NCBI RefSeq assembly: GCF_006345805.1
Contig: NC_042999.1
Span: 9,238,001-9,302,000 of the forward strand
DNA from: Octopus sinensis
Lineage: Eukaryota
DNA: 64,000 bases
Direction: 5' to 3'
Below, piece by piece: positions 1 through 14,444 of this stretch. Below the pieces are notes generated by a model. It did no database searches and was not told the DNA's origin. It was given only the letters and a program-made list of their open reading frames with translations. The position numbers and the translations under genes were made by a program. Every line of letters starts with the position of its first letter. Position 1 is the first letter of the stretch.

Positions 1-403
1 TGTGTGTGTAAAACAATGTACACTATCTTTCAGGTGGGTATATGGAAGAATATTTATACAGGGATACCGACTAACTAATTTTGTCTCTAACAGTCTTAAA
101 AATAAAACGGCTCATTTGAGTGTAGAATGGAACCAGTTGTTGTGTCGCGAAAGACAGTGGGGTAATTTAGATCTTTCATATAAAGAAACAGTTGATCATT
201 ACTAAAATGATCGACCTTCATTACTTTATCATTTTACCTCTAAATGTTTAATTATATTCTCCATTTTATTCTTTATACTGTTTATTATTTTCTTCCTTAT
301 AATCTGGCCATTAAAGTAGAATAGTAATTCATAGTCAACCTGACCGTTTTTCCGTGAATATTTCTTTATTTTGAATATAATTATATTCTGTCTATCATTA
401 TAT

Positions 404-821
404 ACTCTCTCTTTTACCCTTTTACTTGTTTCAGTCATTTGACTGCGGCCATGCTGGAGCACCGCCTTTAGTCGAGCAAATCGACCCCGGAACTTATTCT
501 TTGTAAGTCCAGTACTTATTCTATCGGTCTCTTTTGCCGAACCGCTAAGTGACGGGGACGTAAACACACTAGCATTGGTTGTCAAGCAATGCTAGGGGGA
601 CAAACACACACACAAACATACACACATACACATATATACATATATATATACATATATACGACAGGCTTCTTTCAGTTTCCGTCTACCAAATCCACTCACA
701 AGGCATTGGTCGGCCCGGGGCTATAGCAGAAGACACTCGCCCAAGATGCCACGCAGTTTGACTGAACCCAGAACCATGTGGTTGGTTAGCAAACTACTTA
801 CCACACAGCCACTCCTGCGCC
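404..821 (-). mobile_element. tRNA-derived SINE family A, full length
   Basis: Minus strand reads GGCGCAGGAGTGGCTGTGTGG (A-box-like head), conserved body, internal (TA/TG) microsatellite and (GTAAAAGA)n-like tail. About 20 alignable copies in the window. Confidence 0.9.
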
Positions 822-1078
822 TCTATGGCTTAATTTTTTTGTTTCTGTGACCTGCTGCAAATGACATATCACTTTGGGTATACTTTCTAACACTGACAGA
901 AGTGACGGTCTAACACAGGACGTATTCAAACAATCACCTGAGGAGATGCATTTTGCACCTTGGATGTATGATAATGATTAAACAAAATCTCACTACCTGT
1001 ATAAGCGTAAAAATGTGTCGAAGGATTCCATTTCCTACACCTATCAGTTTATCGATGCATCTATGTATATATTTATCT

Positions 1079-1080
<2 letters not shown>

Positions 1081-1141
<61 letters not shown>

Positions 1142-1230
1142 CGTGTGCGTGTGCGTGTGCGTGTGCGAGTGTCTGTGTCTGTGTGTATACAAACACACAC
1201 GTATATATATATATATAAATACACACACAC

Positions 1231-1289
<59 letters not shown>

Positions 1290-1375
1290 GTGTGTGTGTG
1301 TGTGCGTGTGCGAGTATCTGTGTCTGTGTGTATACAAACACACACGTATATATATATATATAAATACACACACAC

Positions 1376-1406
<31 letters not shown>

Positions 1407-1497
1407 TATGTGTGTGTGTGTGTGGTGTGTGTGTGTGTGCGTGTGCGAGTATCTGTGTCTGTGTGTATACAAACACACACGTATATATATATATATT

Positions 1498-1547
<50 letters not shown>

Positions 1548-1560
1548 CATACATATATGC
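1081..1560. repeat. Compound microsatellite with three higher-order copies of about 150 bp
   Basis: The block (ACAT)n(AT)n(GT)n-GCGAGT.TCTGTGTCTGTGTGTATACAAACACACACG-(TA)n recurs near 1081, 1236 and 1379. Confidence 0.85.
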
Positions 1561-1761
1561 ATATGACGCCTATGTGCGTGTGTAGTGTGTATAGGTAAAG
1601 GAAGCGGCTTTATATCTCCTTACCATTCTTAATGATAATAATTAAAGAACAATAACATAACGAATTCCATTAGTTCCACTAGATTTTCCGAGTCTCGACT
1701 GAAAGAATAGATGAAAGTGGCATGTTTTATTGGTGCGTTTATTTATTTATTGTAACCTAAT

Positions 1762-2174
1762 GGCGCATGAGTGGCTGTGTGGTAACTACCTTGTTTACCA
1801 ACCACATGGGTCCGGGTTCAGTCCCACTGCGTGGCATCTTGGGCAAGTGTCTTCTACTATAGCCTCGGGCCGACCAATGCCTTGTGAGTGGATTTGGTAG
1901 ATGGAAACTGAAAGAAGCCCGTCGTATATATGTATATATATGTGTCTGTGTTTGTGTGTCTGTGTGTGTGTGTTTGTCCCCCTAGCATTGCTTGACAACC
2001 GATGCTGGTGTGTTTATATCTCCATTACTTAGCGGTTCGGCAAAATAGACCGATAGAATAAGTACTGGGCTTACAAAGAATAAGTCCCGGGGTCGAGTTG
2101 CTCGATTAAAGGGTGTGCCCCAGCATGGTCGCAGTCAAATGACTGAAACAAGTAAAAGAGAGTAAAAGAGAGTA
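1762..2174 (+). mobile_element. SINE family A, full length
   Basis: Head GGCGCATGAGTGGCTGTGTGG, B-box-like GGTTCAGTCCC, internal microsatellite, tail GTAAAAGAGAGTAAAAGAGAG. Confidence 0.9.
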
Positions 2175-3179
2175 ATGCATTGTGGGATTGATGTAAATAC
2201 TTCAGTCTTGAGCTCTGCATTTAACACTTTAAATCCTGCATTCAATGTTTCTTCAACGTCCAGCATTTATTCTCAATTCATTCATAAGAAAGTATATCCA
2301 AATGCACATTCTTTTGTATTTTGCTAATTACTATTTTCTTCTTTCTGTGTAGGACCAACGAATCTGCTTCCGCTTTCGGTCGCTGTAACATTCCCGTGTG
2401 ATAACTAGAGGCAGCTGCTAACCTACTTTTCAATACCCAATCTACCATCTCGTGAATAGTTTGTCCTGTCCTCTGAAATACAATCTCGCAACCGGTCACC
2501 TGCTTCTGGTAAGCCCAAACCGGGGCAAAATTACGTGATCTGGAAGTTCCAGTGGGTGTGGAAGACGACTCTCATCTGTCAATGATATGAATACGACTGC
2601 TTTTATGCACCCCTACTCCATATGAAAGGTTTTCTCAAGATAAATAAAGCAGTTTACCGTACTCTAACACAACATCAATGTTAAGTTGGATATAAAGATT
2701 GCTTTTTGACGTTAATACCGCTTCCGTTTCAATTTTCATTTATAAATTGAACGTGAAACCATTCATTCATTCACGTGTAGAAATCTATGTAAGTATCAAG
2801 TGTTTTGTTCGTCAATGGATATAGAGAATTACAACGAACAGGATACGAAACATGAATCCTTCGACTTTGTTCCTGGTCACATAATAATTCAGTAAGCAGG
2901 TCTACAAGATATGGCAGACGATCAGAAGAACGATTTAGAAATTGAAAACCAAAAATAAAGAAAAAACTAAACGACGAAAAAGTAAAGGAATTCCCTTATT
3001 GTCGGATTTGTCTGACCCTTGTCAATGACAAAGTGAGCTTCAAGTTTGTGCAATTTATTCAACAACTGGAAATCCGTTGACTAAAACCAATTTCATGGAA
3101 GGGTTAACAAAGAAGAAGAAAAATTCAATGTTTGATTATCAATTAAAATAATAAAGGTAATAATTAAGACTGTGACGAT

Positions 3180-3800
3180 CATGATGACGATGAGGATGAT
3201 GATGATGATGGAGATGATTGGGAAGAGGAGGATCATAATAATTATTGTCTCAGTAATTAGTATGATAGTGAGAATGGTGAATTTTAATGATTGTATAATG
3301 ACAGCAAAGACGGTTGACAATTAAAACAAACGTTGAGTTGAAAGCGACTCTGAGGAGGAGGAGGAGGAGGAGGAAGAAGAGGAGGAGGAGGAGGAGGAGG
3401 AGAAGGATGAGGAGGGCGAGAATGAACACAAACAACACATTAACAACAACAAAATCAATAATTCCAAAAAAACCATGATAATAATGATAATAACACTTTT
3501 TTGCAAAAAATAATAATCATAGAAAACTTTCGCTATAATGGTTTCCTTTTTCTTCTTTTTTTTTCCATTTCAATAAATACTTTAATAAAATGCCAAGATT
3601 TTTGAATTACAATTGTTGATGTTACTGTTGTTATTGTCTTTGTCCTTGTTATTGCTATTATTACTACTATTGTTATTATCATTGTTGTTGTTGCTGTTGT
3701 TTTTATTATCATTAATGGTGCTGTTGTTGTTATCAATATTAGTTTTGTTGTTGCTTTTGCTGTTATAATTATAATAACAATAATAATAATAATAATAATA

Positions 3801-3838
<38 letters not shown>

Positions 3839-3898
3839 TAATTATTATTATTATTACTATTATTATTATTATTATTATTATTACTATTATTATTATTA

Positions 3899-3944
<46 letters not shown>

Positions 3945-3980
3945 TATTATCATCATCATCATCATCATCATTATTATTAA

Positions 3981-4016
<36 letters not shown>

Positions 4017-4073
4017 TAATTATTATTATTATTACTATTATTATTATTATTATTATTACTATTATTATTATTA

Positions 4074-4116
<43 letters not shown>

Positions 4117-4155
4117 TATTATTATTATTATCATCATCATCATCATTATTATTAA

Positions 4156-4207
<52 letters not shown>

Positions 4208-4210
4208 GTT
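3180..4210. repeat. (GAT/GAG/ATT)n trinucleotide microsatellite field
   Basis: Direct reading. The 3833-3990 block is repeated at about 4040-4200. Confidence 0.9.
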
Positions 4211-4641
4211 TCCTAAAGAACTTCACAATTATTCCTCATAGATGATTTATTTCTAAATTGAAGAGTGAGAAATAAAGTAAAATAAAATGAAATCTGATCA
4301 AATTAATCAATTTCAGATATTGTTTTTGTGTTTCTTTTATTTTTGTTTTGATTTCTGTTTGTTTTGCTCTTGTTAGTTTATTTTTTGCTATTTTTTTTCC
4401 TAACCTTGTGTCTTCGTATTAACATCACCAAATGTTGTTGTTGTTGTTGTTGTGGTTATTTAAAAATTTTATGGTAGATTATTGATTGAACCACTTGACG
4501 ACGTACCACACATGTTCTATGCACTTAGTACTACTACCACTACTGCAACTGCTGCTTCTTCTACAGCCAACGATAACAACAACAACAATAATAATAATAG
4601 GAATAATAAAAATATTGATGATGATGATGATGATGATGATG

Positions 4642-4699
<58 letters not shown>

Positions 4700-4752
4700 T
4701 GATGATGATGATAATAATAATAATGATAATAATAATAATAATAATAATAATG

Positions 4753-4810
<58 letters not shown>

Positions 4811-4818
4811 TAATAATA

Positions 4819-5003
4819 CAGGACTTACAAACACATATAACATACAGAAAATTGCACTACTAGGCACTGCACACATCCTACGCAGAACACTTTCCATACA
4901 ATAACCATCAGAGCATCACAACAAATCACAGCACATACCCAAGGCACACAGAGCTGCGCTCGGTAGTGAATTGAAAGCACGCTATAAAAATAAAACTACT
5001 GAA
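4819..5003 (+). mobile_element. 3' terminal fragment of an R4/Dong-type LINE (family DA) with (AAT)n tail
   Basis: Encodes GLTNTYNIQKIALLGTAHILRRTLSIQ*, the typical C-terminus of RLE LINEs, then a 3'UTR and (AAT)n. Flanked by (AAT)n on both sides. Confidence 0.8.
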
Positions 5004-5050
<47 letters not shown>

Positions 5051-5080
5051 TAATAATAATAATATTAATAATAATAATAA

Positions 5081-6073
5081 GGGGGACGTTTAACATGTGA
5101 GAACGACAAAAAAGTGCCCCGAAATCTATCCACAAACATCGGAAACGAAGACATCGCATGGAGCCAAAAAATAAGTGACAAAGAATTGGATTATATCCGA
5201 GTAAGTAATACTCATTGAAATTTATTACTATTTTCCAAACGAAATGATGTATTTTAACTCGATATCATCTCTACCTCTAGCACAGCACATGTAAACATGC
5301 TTGATACATTACTATCCATCAACACCAGATCATCTCCGGCCCCAAACACCATGTACAAAAAAACTACGAAGAAATTAAATAACACCGATATTATTCAACC
5401 CAAGAATAACAATTGGGAAGTGCGTACTTTAAATCTGTTACACAAAATGTACGAAAATCTACACGTGCAAAACAATGTGACAACAGAAATGAACAGACTG
5501 GTACCCTACGAAAATAATGACCGTCAAAATAATGGTCCGGACGTTATTCCACATGTCCCGCAAATAAAACCAAAAAGGCATAAATGGACACGTGAGGAAT
5601 ACATTTCAATCCTACACGCTTACTTTACAGCAGTGCTCCACCCAAAGAACGAAAATACAACACTTACATATACTTATAAAATATGGAAGGAAAATAACAT
5701 AACTAAAGACTTGGATACAGCAATGAACCCTAATAAACTAGCTAACGTACGAACATACATTCTCAACACAAAAAAATATCAGAAATAGAAATAGAACATT
5801 TAAAAGAAAAAATACATCAGGAAAATGTAGATAGAAGCCACACAACAATGCCAAATAATATAAACACTGTACAGCATAACAAAAACACCAGGACTTACAA
5901 ACACATATAACATACAGAAAATAGCACTACTAGGCACTGCACACATCCTACGCAGAACACTTTCCATACAATAACCATCAGAGCATCACAACAAATCACA
6001 GCACATACCCCAGGCACACAGAGCTGCGCTCGGTAGTGAAGTGAAAGCACGCTATAAAAATAAAACTACTGAA
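5081..6073 (+). mobile_element. Internally deleted non-autonomous R4/Dong-type element (5' end and N-terminal ORF fused to 3' end)
   Basis: ORF 5297-5788 carries Myb-like KRHKWTREEYISILHAYF and LANVRTYIL. It is joined at about 5876 to the ITKTPGLT...RRTLSIQ* 3' end. No RT is present. Confidence 0.7.
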
Positions 6074-6138
6074 TGATAATAATAATATAATAATAATAAT
6101 AATAATAATATAATAATAATAATAATAATGATAATAAT

Positions 6139-6344
6139 ACAGGACTTACAAACACATATAACATACAGAAAATTGCACTACTAGGCACTGCACACATCCT
6201 ACGCAGAACACTTTCCATACAATAACCATCAGAGCATCACAACAAATCACAGCACATACCCAAGGCACACAGAGCTGCGCTCGGTAGTGAATTGAAAGCA
6301 CGCTATAAAAATAAAACTACTGAAGAATAATAATAATAATAATA

Positions 6345-6382
<38 letters not shown>

Positions 6383-7398
6383 TAATATAATAATAATAAT
6401 AATAAGGGGGACGTTTAACATGTGAGAACGACAAAAAAGTGCCCCGAAATCTATCCACAAACATCGGAAACGAAGACATCGCATGGAGCCAAAAAATAAG
6501 TGACAAAGAATTGGATTATATCCGAGTAAGTAATACTCATTGAAATTTATTACTATTTTCCAAACGAAATGATGTATTTTAACTCGATATCATCTCTACC
6601 TCTAGCACAGCACATGTAAACATGCTTGATACATTACTATCCATCAACACCAGATCATCTCCGGCCCCAAACACCATGTACAAAAAAACTACGAAGAAAT
6701 TAAATAACACCGATATTATTCAACCCAAGAATAACAATTGGGAAGTGCGTACTTTAAATCTGTTACACAAAATGTACGAAAATCTACACGTGCAAAACAA
6801 TGTGACAACAGAAATGAACAGACTGGTACCCTACGAAAATAATGACCGTCAAAATAATGGTCCGGACGTTATTCCACATGTCCCGCAAATAAAACCAAAA
6901 AGGCATAAATGGACACGTGAGGAATACATTTCAATCCTACACGCTTACTTTACAGCAGTGCTCCACCCAAAGAACGAAAATACAACACTTACATATACTT
7001 ATAAAATATGGAAGGAAAATAACATAACTAAAGACTTGGATACAGCAATGAACCCTAATAAACTAGCTAACGTACGAACATACATTCTCAACACAAAAAA
7101 ATATCAGAAATAGAAATAGAACATTTAAAAGAAAAAATACATCAGGAAAATGTAGATAGAAGCCACACAACAATGCCAAATAATATAAACACTGTACAGC
7201 ATAACAAAAACACCAGGACTTACAAACACATATAACATACAGAAAATAGCACTACTAGGCACTGCACACATCCTACGCAGAACACTTTCCATACAATAAC
7301 CATCAGAGCATCACAACAAATCACAGCACATACCCCAGGCACACAGAGCTGCGCTCGGTAGTGAAGTGAAAGCACGCTATAAAAATAAAACTACTGAA
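6139..7398 (+). mobile_element. Second tandem copy of the 3'-fragment plus deleted-element unit
   Basis: Offset of 1325 bp from the first copy. ORF 6622-7113 is identical in protein sequence to ORF 5297-5788. Confidence 0.85.
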
Positions 7399-7400
7399 TG

Positions 7401-7481
<81 letters not shown>

Positions 7482-7542
7482 GAGGTGTGCGGAAAACACT
7501 CGGCGAGAAATCGAAGAAAATTTGAAGAAAGAAGGAATAAAA

Positions 7543-7621
<79 letters not shown>

Positions 7622-7674
7622 GGAATAATAAAAATAATGATGATGGTGATTATGATGATGATGATGATGATAAC

Positions 7675-7750
<76 letters not shown>

Positions 7751-7769
7751 GTAACGATAATATTAATAA

Positions 7770-10200
<2,431 letters not shown>

Positions 10201-10942
10201 AGTAATGCTGTTCAATTATGCTATATAACGAAAAGACTATTAACCAAATAAGACTGTTTTTGAACTCCTAATAATTTTCTGTGTATGCATATTGATACTT
10301 CCGAACAAACATGATTTCTTATGAACTCCTAATATTTTTATTGAACTTTATGTTTACTATTTTCTCAAGATATTTCCTTGTAAATTGCATTTAACATTTT
10401 ATTATTATCAAGAATATATATATGTATTTTAATATTTTATGACAACCAGTACTTAGCACAATAAAGCTTTACATTTTACTTTAGACAATCTTTTTCTAAA
10501 AAAGTGAAACCGGTCAAGTGAATAAACATCTTTAAAATTGCATTTTCAAATCTTTTTTCGTATATATTTCCACTCGTGCGGTACCTTACAACTTCATTTT
10601 GTTATATATATATACTTATCTTTGCGAGGATATATGTCTTAAAGTGATGTTAGCATCCAAGTTCCCCGGTTTTTATCCAGTGTATCGGTGAAGTACTAAA
10701 AAGACGTTAGCTTCTCATCGATGCAAATGAGTATATTAAGAAATATATATTAATATATATTATTGGGTATAATATATATTATTGGGTATATACATTATTG
10801 GGTATTATTGGGTATAATTAATATATATTAATGGGTATAAGAAAAGAAAATGGAGAAATCAATAGATACCAATTTATCAACAGACATCCAATTATAAATA
10901 ATCTCAGCCTCAGTATTCAACTGGTATTTATATATGTATACA

Positions 10943-11029
10943 CGATGGGCTTCTTTCAGTTTCCGTCTACCAAATTCACTCTCAAGGCATAGGAAGGCCT
11001 AGAGCTATCGTAAAAGACACTTGCCTAAG
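10943..11029 (-). mobile_element. SINE family A fragment
   Basis: GGGCTTCTTTCAGTTTCCGTCTACCAAA body motif. Confidence 0.7.
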
Positions 11030-11229
11030 CAAATGGTATTGTTTTGTTTGTGTATTTGTTATTTTGTTAAAATTCTCTTGTGTAGGGCATATTTTTTACT
11101 TGATAGGATCATGAGATGGATTACAATAAGGCTGCGGTTTTGTTATTTTCTTTTGTTTCAATTCTTATTCTTTTTATAATGTCCTGTTATATTCTAACCT
11201 TCGTCTCCATCCTCTCGTGCAACAACATC

Positions 11230-11750
11230 CTCTCGGGCCATGTTCTCACTGAAAGCGATCGAGATGTCTATCATAATACATGCATTTTCATTTCTTTGTT
11301 TCACCGAACACTAAGCACTTGTCTTTGATCTCTTTGTCTTTCCGATCGTGACTATGTCGTTGTCGCTACCTGTTTTGGTGCGTGATCATACAACTTATAC
11401 TTGAGACTCCATGAGAATGCATCTGCATATTTCCCAATAACTATAGCTACCTTGTCATGTCTGTGAATATATTCTCTCTTTGTGATGCCTGCAAGCCGGA
11501 AATGGTGGTATTGATTCTGTTTTTATATTAATTACATAGTCTATGGTTGATCTTAGCATCTTCTTTTCATATTTTATTATAGTCATTTCATTGTTTTTCT
11601 TGTGGCTATCTTGCAGAATATTGACCCAACATGTGTTTTCTTCATTTTTCCTTATTTATTTTTCCTTGCTTTTCATTGATTTCTACGATTTGGTGCACTT
11701 TTGGTTTATTTCATTCTCTCTTCCTTTTGTGTTTATCTAATAATGTTCTT
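11230..11750 (-). mobile_element. Highly decayed RLE-LINE (R4/Dong-like) fragment
   Basis: Minus-strand remnants YIHRHDKVA and CIMIDISI resemble the zinc-knuckle/RLE region. Confidence 0.45.
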
Positions 11751-12104
11751 TCATATACTTAGCTTGTAATTTCTACTTCATTGTTTAATTATAGAGAAAG
11801 AATATCAGTTTTTTTTCCTTCATGCTGCCACAGAGCGCTAATCAATAGAAAATGTCTTGCTTCTAAGTAAACGTTTACATTCTTTGTGATTATGTTGGAA
11901 TGGTTTCCGTGTGTGACGAAACTTCATCTCTCTTTAATTCATATTACGTATATGTATATGCTCTGCCAACAATTAATACATACATGTGTGTGTGTGAAAT
12001 AGTTTAACGAAAGCGCTCACACACTAGAAAAAACTTCTTCCCAAAAAAGGTTACTAACATGCTCATTTTCATAACGTCTATTTTTTTTTTATAATTTTTG
12101 GAAA

Positions 12105-12190
12105 AATAACCTTTACACTTCAAAAACTGTATTAAGATTACTTAATACAGTTTTTGAAGTGTAAAGGTTATTAAGTAATCTTAATACAGT
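12105..12190. repeat. Perfect 32-bp inverted repeat plus an inverted partial third copy
   Basis: 12105-12136 is the exact reverse complement of 12141-12172 (loop ATTA). 12171-12190 is the reverse complement of 12126-12145. Confidence 0.9.
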
Positions 12191-12439
12191 ACAAAATAAT
12201 AAATAGCATATAATTAGTAAATAGACCACACGTGTTTCGTGGCTATATTTTCAAACTGATAATAGTAAAATCAATTCAATTTAAATATAGTCACTATTCA
12301 GGTCCAAGATAAAAACAGAAAATAATTAAATAAATGTACGTATATTATCTTATAAGAAAATATAGATATATATAAAAATACGTAATTTTTCCTACAGCAG
12401 AAATCGTGAGATTATTCTGCCTCTGCTTTGTAGTCTAGC

Positions 12440-12712
12440 TGTATTAGTTACTTCTCTTTTCATTTTCCCTTATTTTTTCTTTAACGGTATCGAACCGGTG
12501 GCAGAATGTTCTTTCTCCATCTGGTGGATCTTGTGCTTCGCACCGGTGTGAGGTGTGTTGTTGGGCTGCTGATAGGTGGTTGGTGCACGTTGGGGTGATG
12601 ATTCTGTGGGTGTTGTCACTAATGCAGCAGATGTTGCACACGTTGTCCTCGACAGCTCTGGTGTTGGGCGGATGTGGGCCCTGTTGCGTCTCAGCTGCCT
12701 ACCAGATTCCGT
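12440..12712 (-). mobile_element. Gypsy/Ty3-like integrase C-terminal remnant
   Basis: ITESGRQLRRNRAHIRP matches the (PRSY)..T..G...RRNR.H motif at the end of Gypsy pol, followed by a Thr/Pro-rich tail. Confidence 0.55.
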
Positions 12713-13073
12713 TATATATATATATAGTGTGTATGTGTGTGTGTGTATCAAAACCAGGGAGAATAGAAAATATTTTGCTATGGTATATTCACCATTACAG
12801 GGGTTTCATTTGCAACAGAATTGTACGTGAAATGGAAAATGTGTAACATATCTCCGATCGGAAATTCTCCCGATAGGGAATCAAATAATACGAAATTTAC
12901 GCTTGGACGAAACGTTTATGAATAGTTAGTAATGAAGTGTATTTTTATATAATGAGAGGCAACTAGTATTGTAGAACGGAACGAGAAAGGCTGAGTGAAC
13001 ACGACGTAATAAGTGTACACATAGACACACGCTTATGCAGATGCACATGCATTCACACATCTACATACATACG

Positions 13074-13132
<59 letters not shown>

Positions 13133-13218
13133 AGTATTCATATATACACATTATATACATATATATACATATACACACAAACACACACATATTTGATACT
13201 GATTAGAAGATTGAAAAT

Positions 13219-13262
13219 CCACCTGAAGATTGTCGGTAGCAGACATGAAACATTTGTAGTGG
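13219..13262 (+). ncRNA. Minimal type I hammerhead ribozyme motif
   Basis: CCAC-CTGAAGA-T.TGTC(GGTAGCA)GACA.T-GAA-ACA(TT)TGT-A-GTGG: stem I CCAC/GTGG, canonical core, GUA cleavage triplet. Position 10.1:11.1 is a U-U mismatch. Confidence 0.6.
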
Positions 13263-13346
13263 CGGTTTATTTAATTTATATTAAAATTTTATGTATTGAT
13301 TAAGTCTTTCCTTGTTTGGTTTTAAAATAGTGGTTTTGTCTCGAAT

Positions 13347-13432
<86 letters not shown>

Positions 13433-13531
13433 TAATTCAAACAAGAAAACACAAAAAAAAAACACAACAACGCGAGGACGTGGAACAAATATAGTATTAT
13501 TGGACGCTCAGGAAAGAAGGGAAGAAGGAGG

Positions 13532-13566
13532 GTTTAACGTTTCGAGCGGAGCTCTTCGTCGGAAAC
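13532..13566 (-). ncRNA. Hammerhead-like motif, variant core CCGACGA
   Basis: Minus strand GTTT-CCGACGA-A-GAGC(TCC)GCTC-GAAAC-GT-T-AAAC. Palindromic ACGT stands in place of a stem III hairpin. Confidence 0.5.
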
Positions 13567-13730
13567 ATAGGAGAAGGAAAGATCTAGAGAAGGGAAGACA
13601 GAGGAAAAGAATCGCCAACGGTACACACGAGCTACAAGCACACTCTTGGATTTTAGCCCTATCTACATCTGTATTTTTGGGAGGGTGGGTTTGTGCATGT
13701 ATGTATTAAACTTTGGCAAGAAAAATATTT

Positions 13731-13777
13731 GACAATGACTTCGAAATTTCAAGGACGCCATCCTTCGTCGGACTGTC
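13731..13777 (-). ncRNA. Hammerhead-like motif, variant core CCGACGA
   Basis: Minus strand GACAGT-CCGACGA-AGGA(TGGCG)TCCT-T-GAA-ATTT(CG)AAGT-C-ATTGTC, with a GUC triplet. Confidence 0.45.
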
Positions 13778-14212
13778 AGATGAAGACGAACGAACTAAAT
13801 AGTCACTGCCAAAATTTTCTTTGTAAAATGTACTTTAATAAAAAGTACTCTGTAGTCCTTCAGTGTACTTTTCATTTAAAAACAGTCAAATTGTTTCTAT
13901 TTCGAGAAGAAACATGAATATAAATATGTGTGTAATACATTTTACGTCTTTGTATGAGTGTGTGTATATGAGTGTGTGTGCATACGTGAGTGTGACTGTG
14001 TGCCTGTATACGTGTACATGACTATGAAAAGAGAAACAGAAAGTCGAGAACAAAACGACGAGGTAATTTGAAAGTGAAAATTATAAGTTTGGCGTTCAAA
14101 GAAATAGAAAAAATATTGATTGTTAGTGCGGTTCGGATATTGTTCGTCATCAGAATAGGATGAAGAATGGAATGGTTTAAAATATCTTCCCTTTCTTTTT
14201 CTCCCTGTCTCC

Positions 14213-14248
<36 letters not shown>

Positions 14249-14261
14249 TGTATATATATAT

Positions 14262-14299
<38 letters not shown>

Positions 14300-14408
14300 G
14301 GTGGGGGAGAATTCACAAAAAATCAAAAGATAAAGACAGGTGGTCTTCGTCTTTTGATTTACACAACAAACAGATGTATTAGTATAACGCTCGGAAATTG
14401 AAAAAAGT

Positions 14409-14444
14409 CTTTAACGTTTCGAGCCTACGCTCTTCCACAGAAAG
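14409..14444 (-). ncRNA. Hammerhead-like motif, variant core CUGUGGA
   Basis: Minus strand CTTT-CTGTGGA-A-GAGC(GTAG)GCTC-GAAAC-GT-T-AAAG. Confidence 0.5.

Noticed and set aside
934-1598. Long ORFs rich in Y/I/C/V/H/T (also 45-49 kb) and poly-N/I/L ORFs (3.5-4.9 kb, 58-59 kb)
   Set aside because: They are translations of dinucleotide and trinucleotide microsatellites, which lack stops in several frames. No coding evidence.
1762-1830. tRNA genes at SINE heads
   Set aside because: A/B boxes are present but there is no complete cloverleaf, and each continues into a SINE body.
5081-5165. Possible HDV-like ribozyme at the 5' end of the Dong derivative
   Set aside because: P1-like (GGGGGAC/GTGCCCC) and P2-like (CATGTG/CGCATG) crossing helices exist, but no P3/L3, P1.1 or correctly placed catalytic C could be fitted.
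10745-10825. TATTATTGGGTATA repeated about five times
   Set aside because: A short local slippage repeat. Not telomeric, and no further structure.
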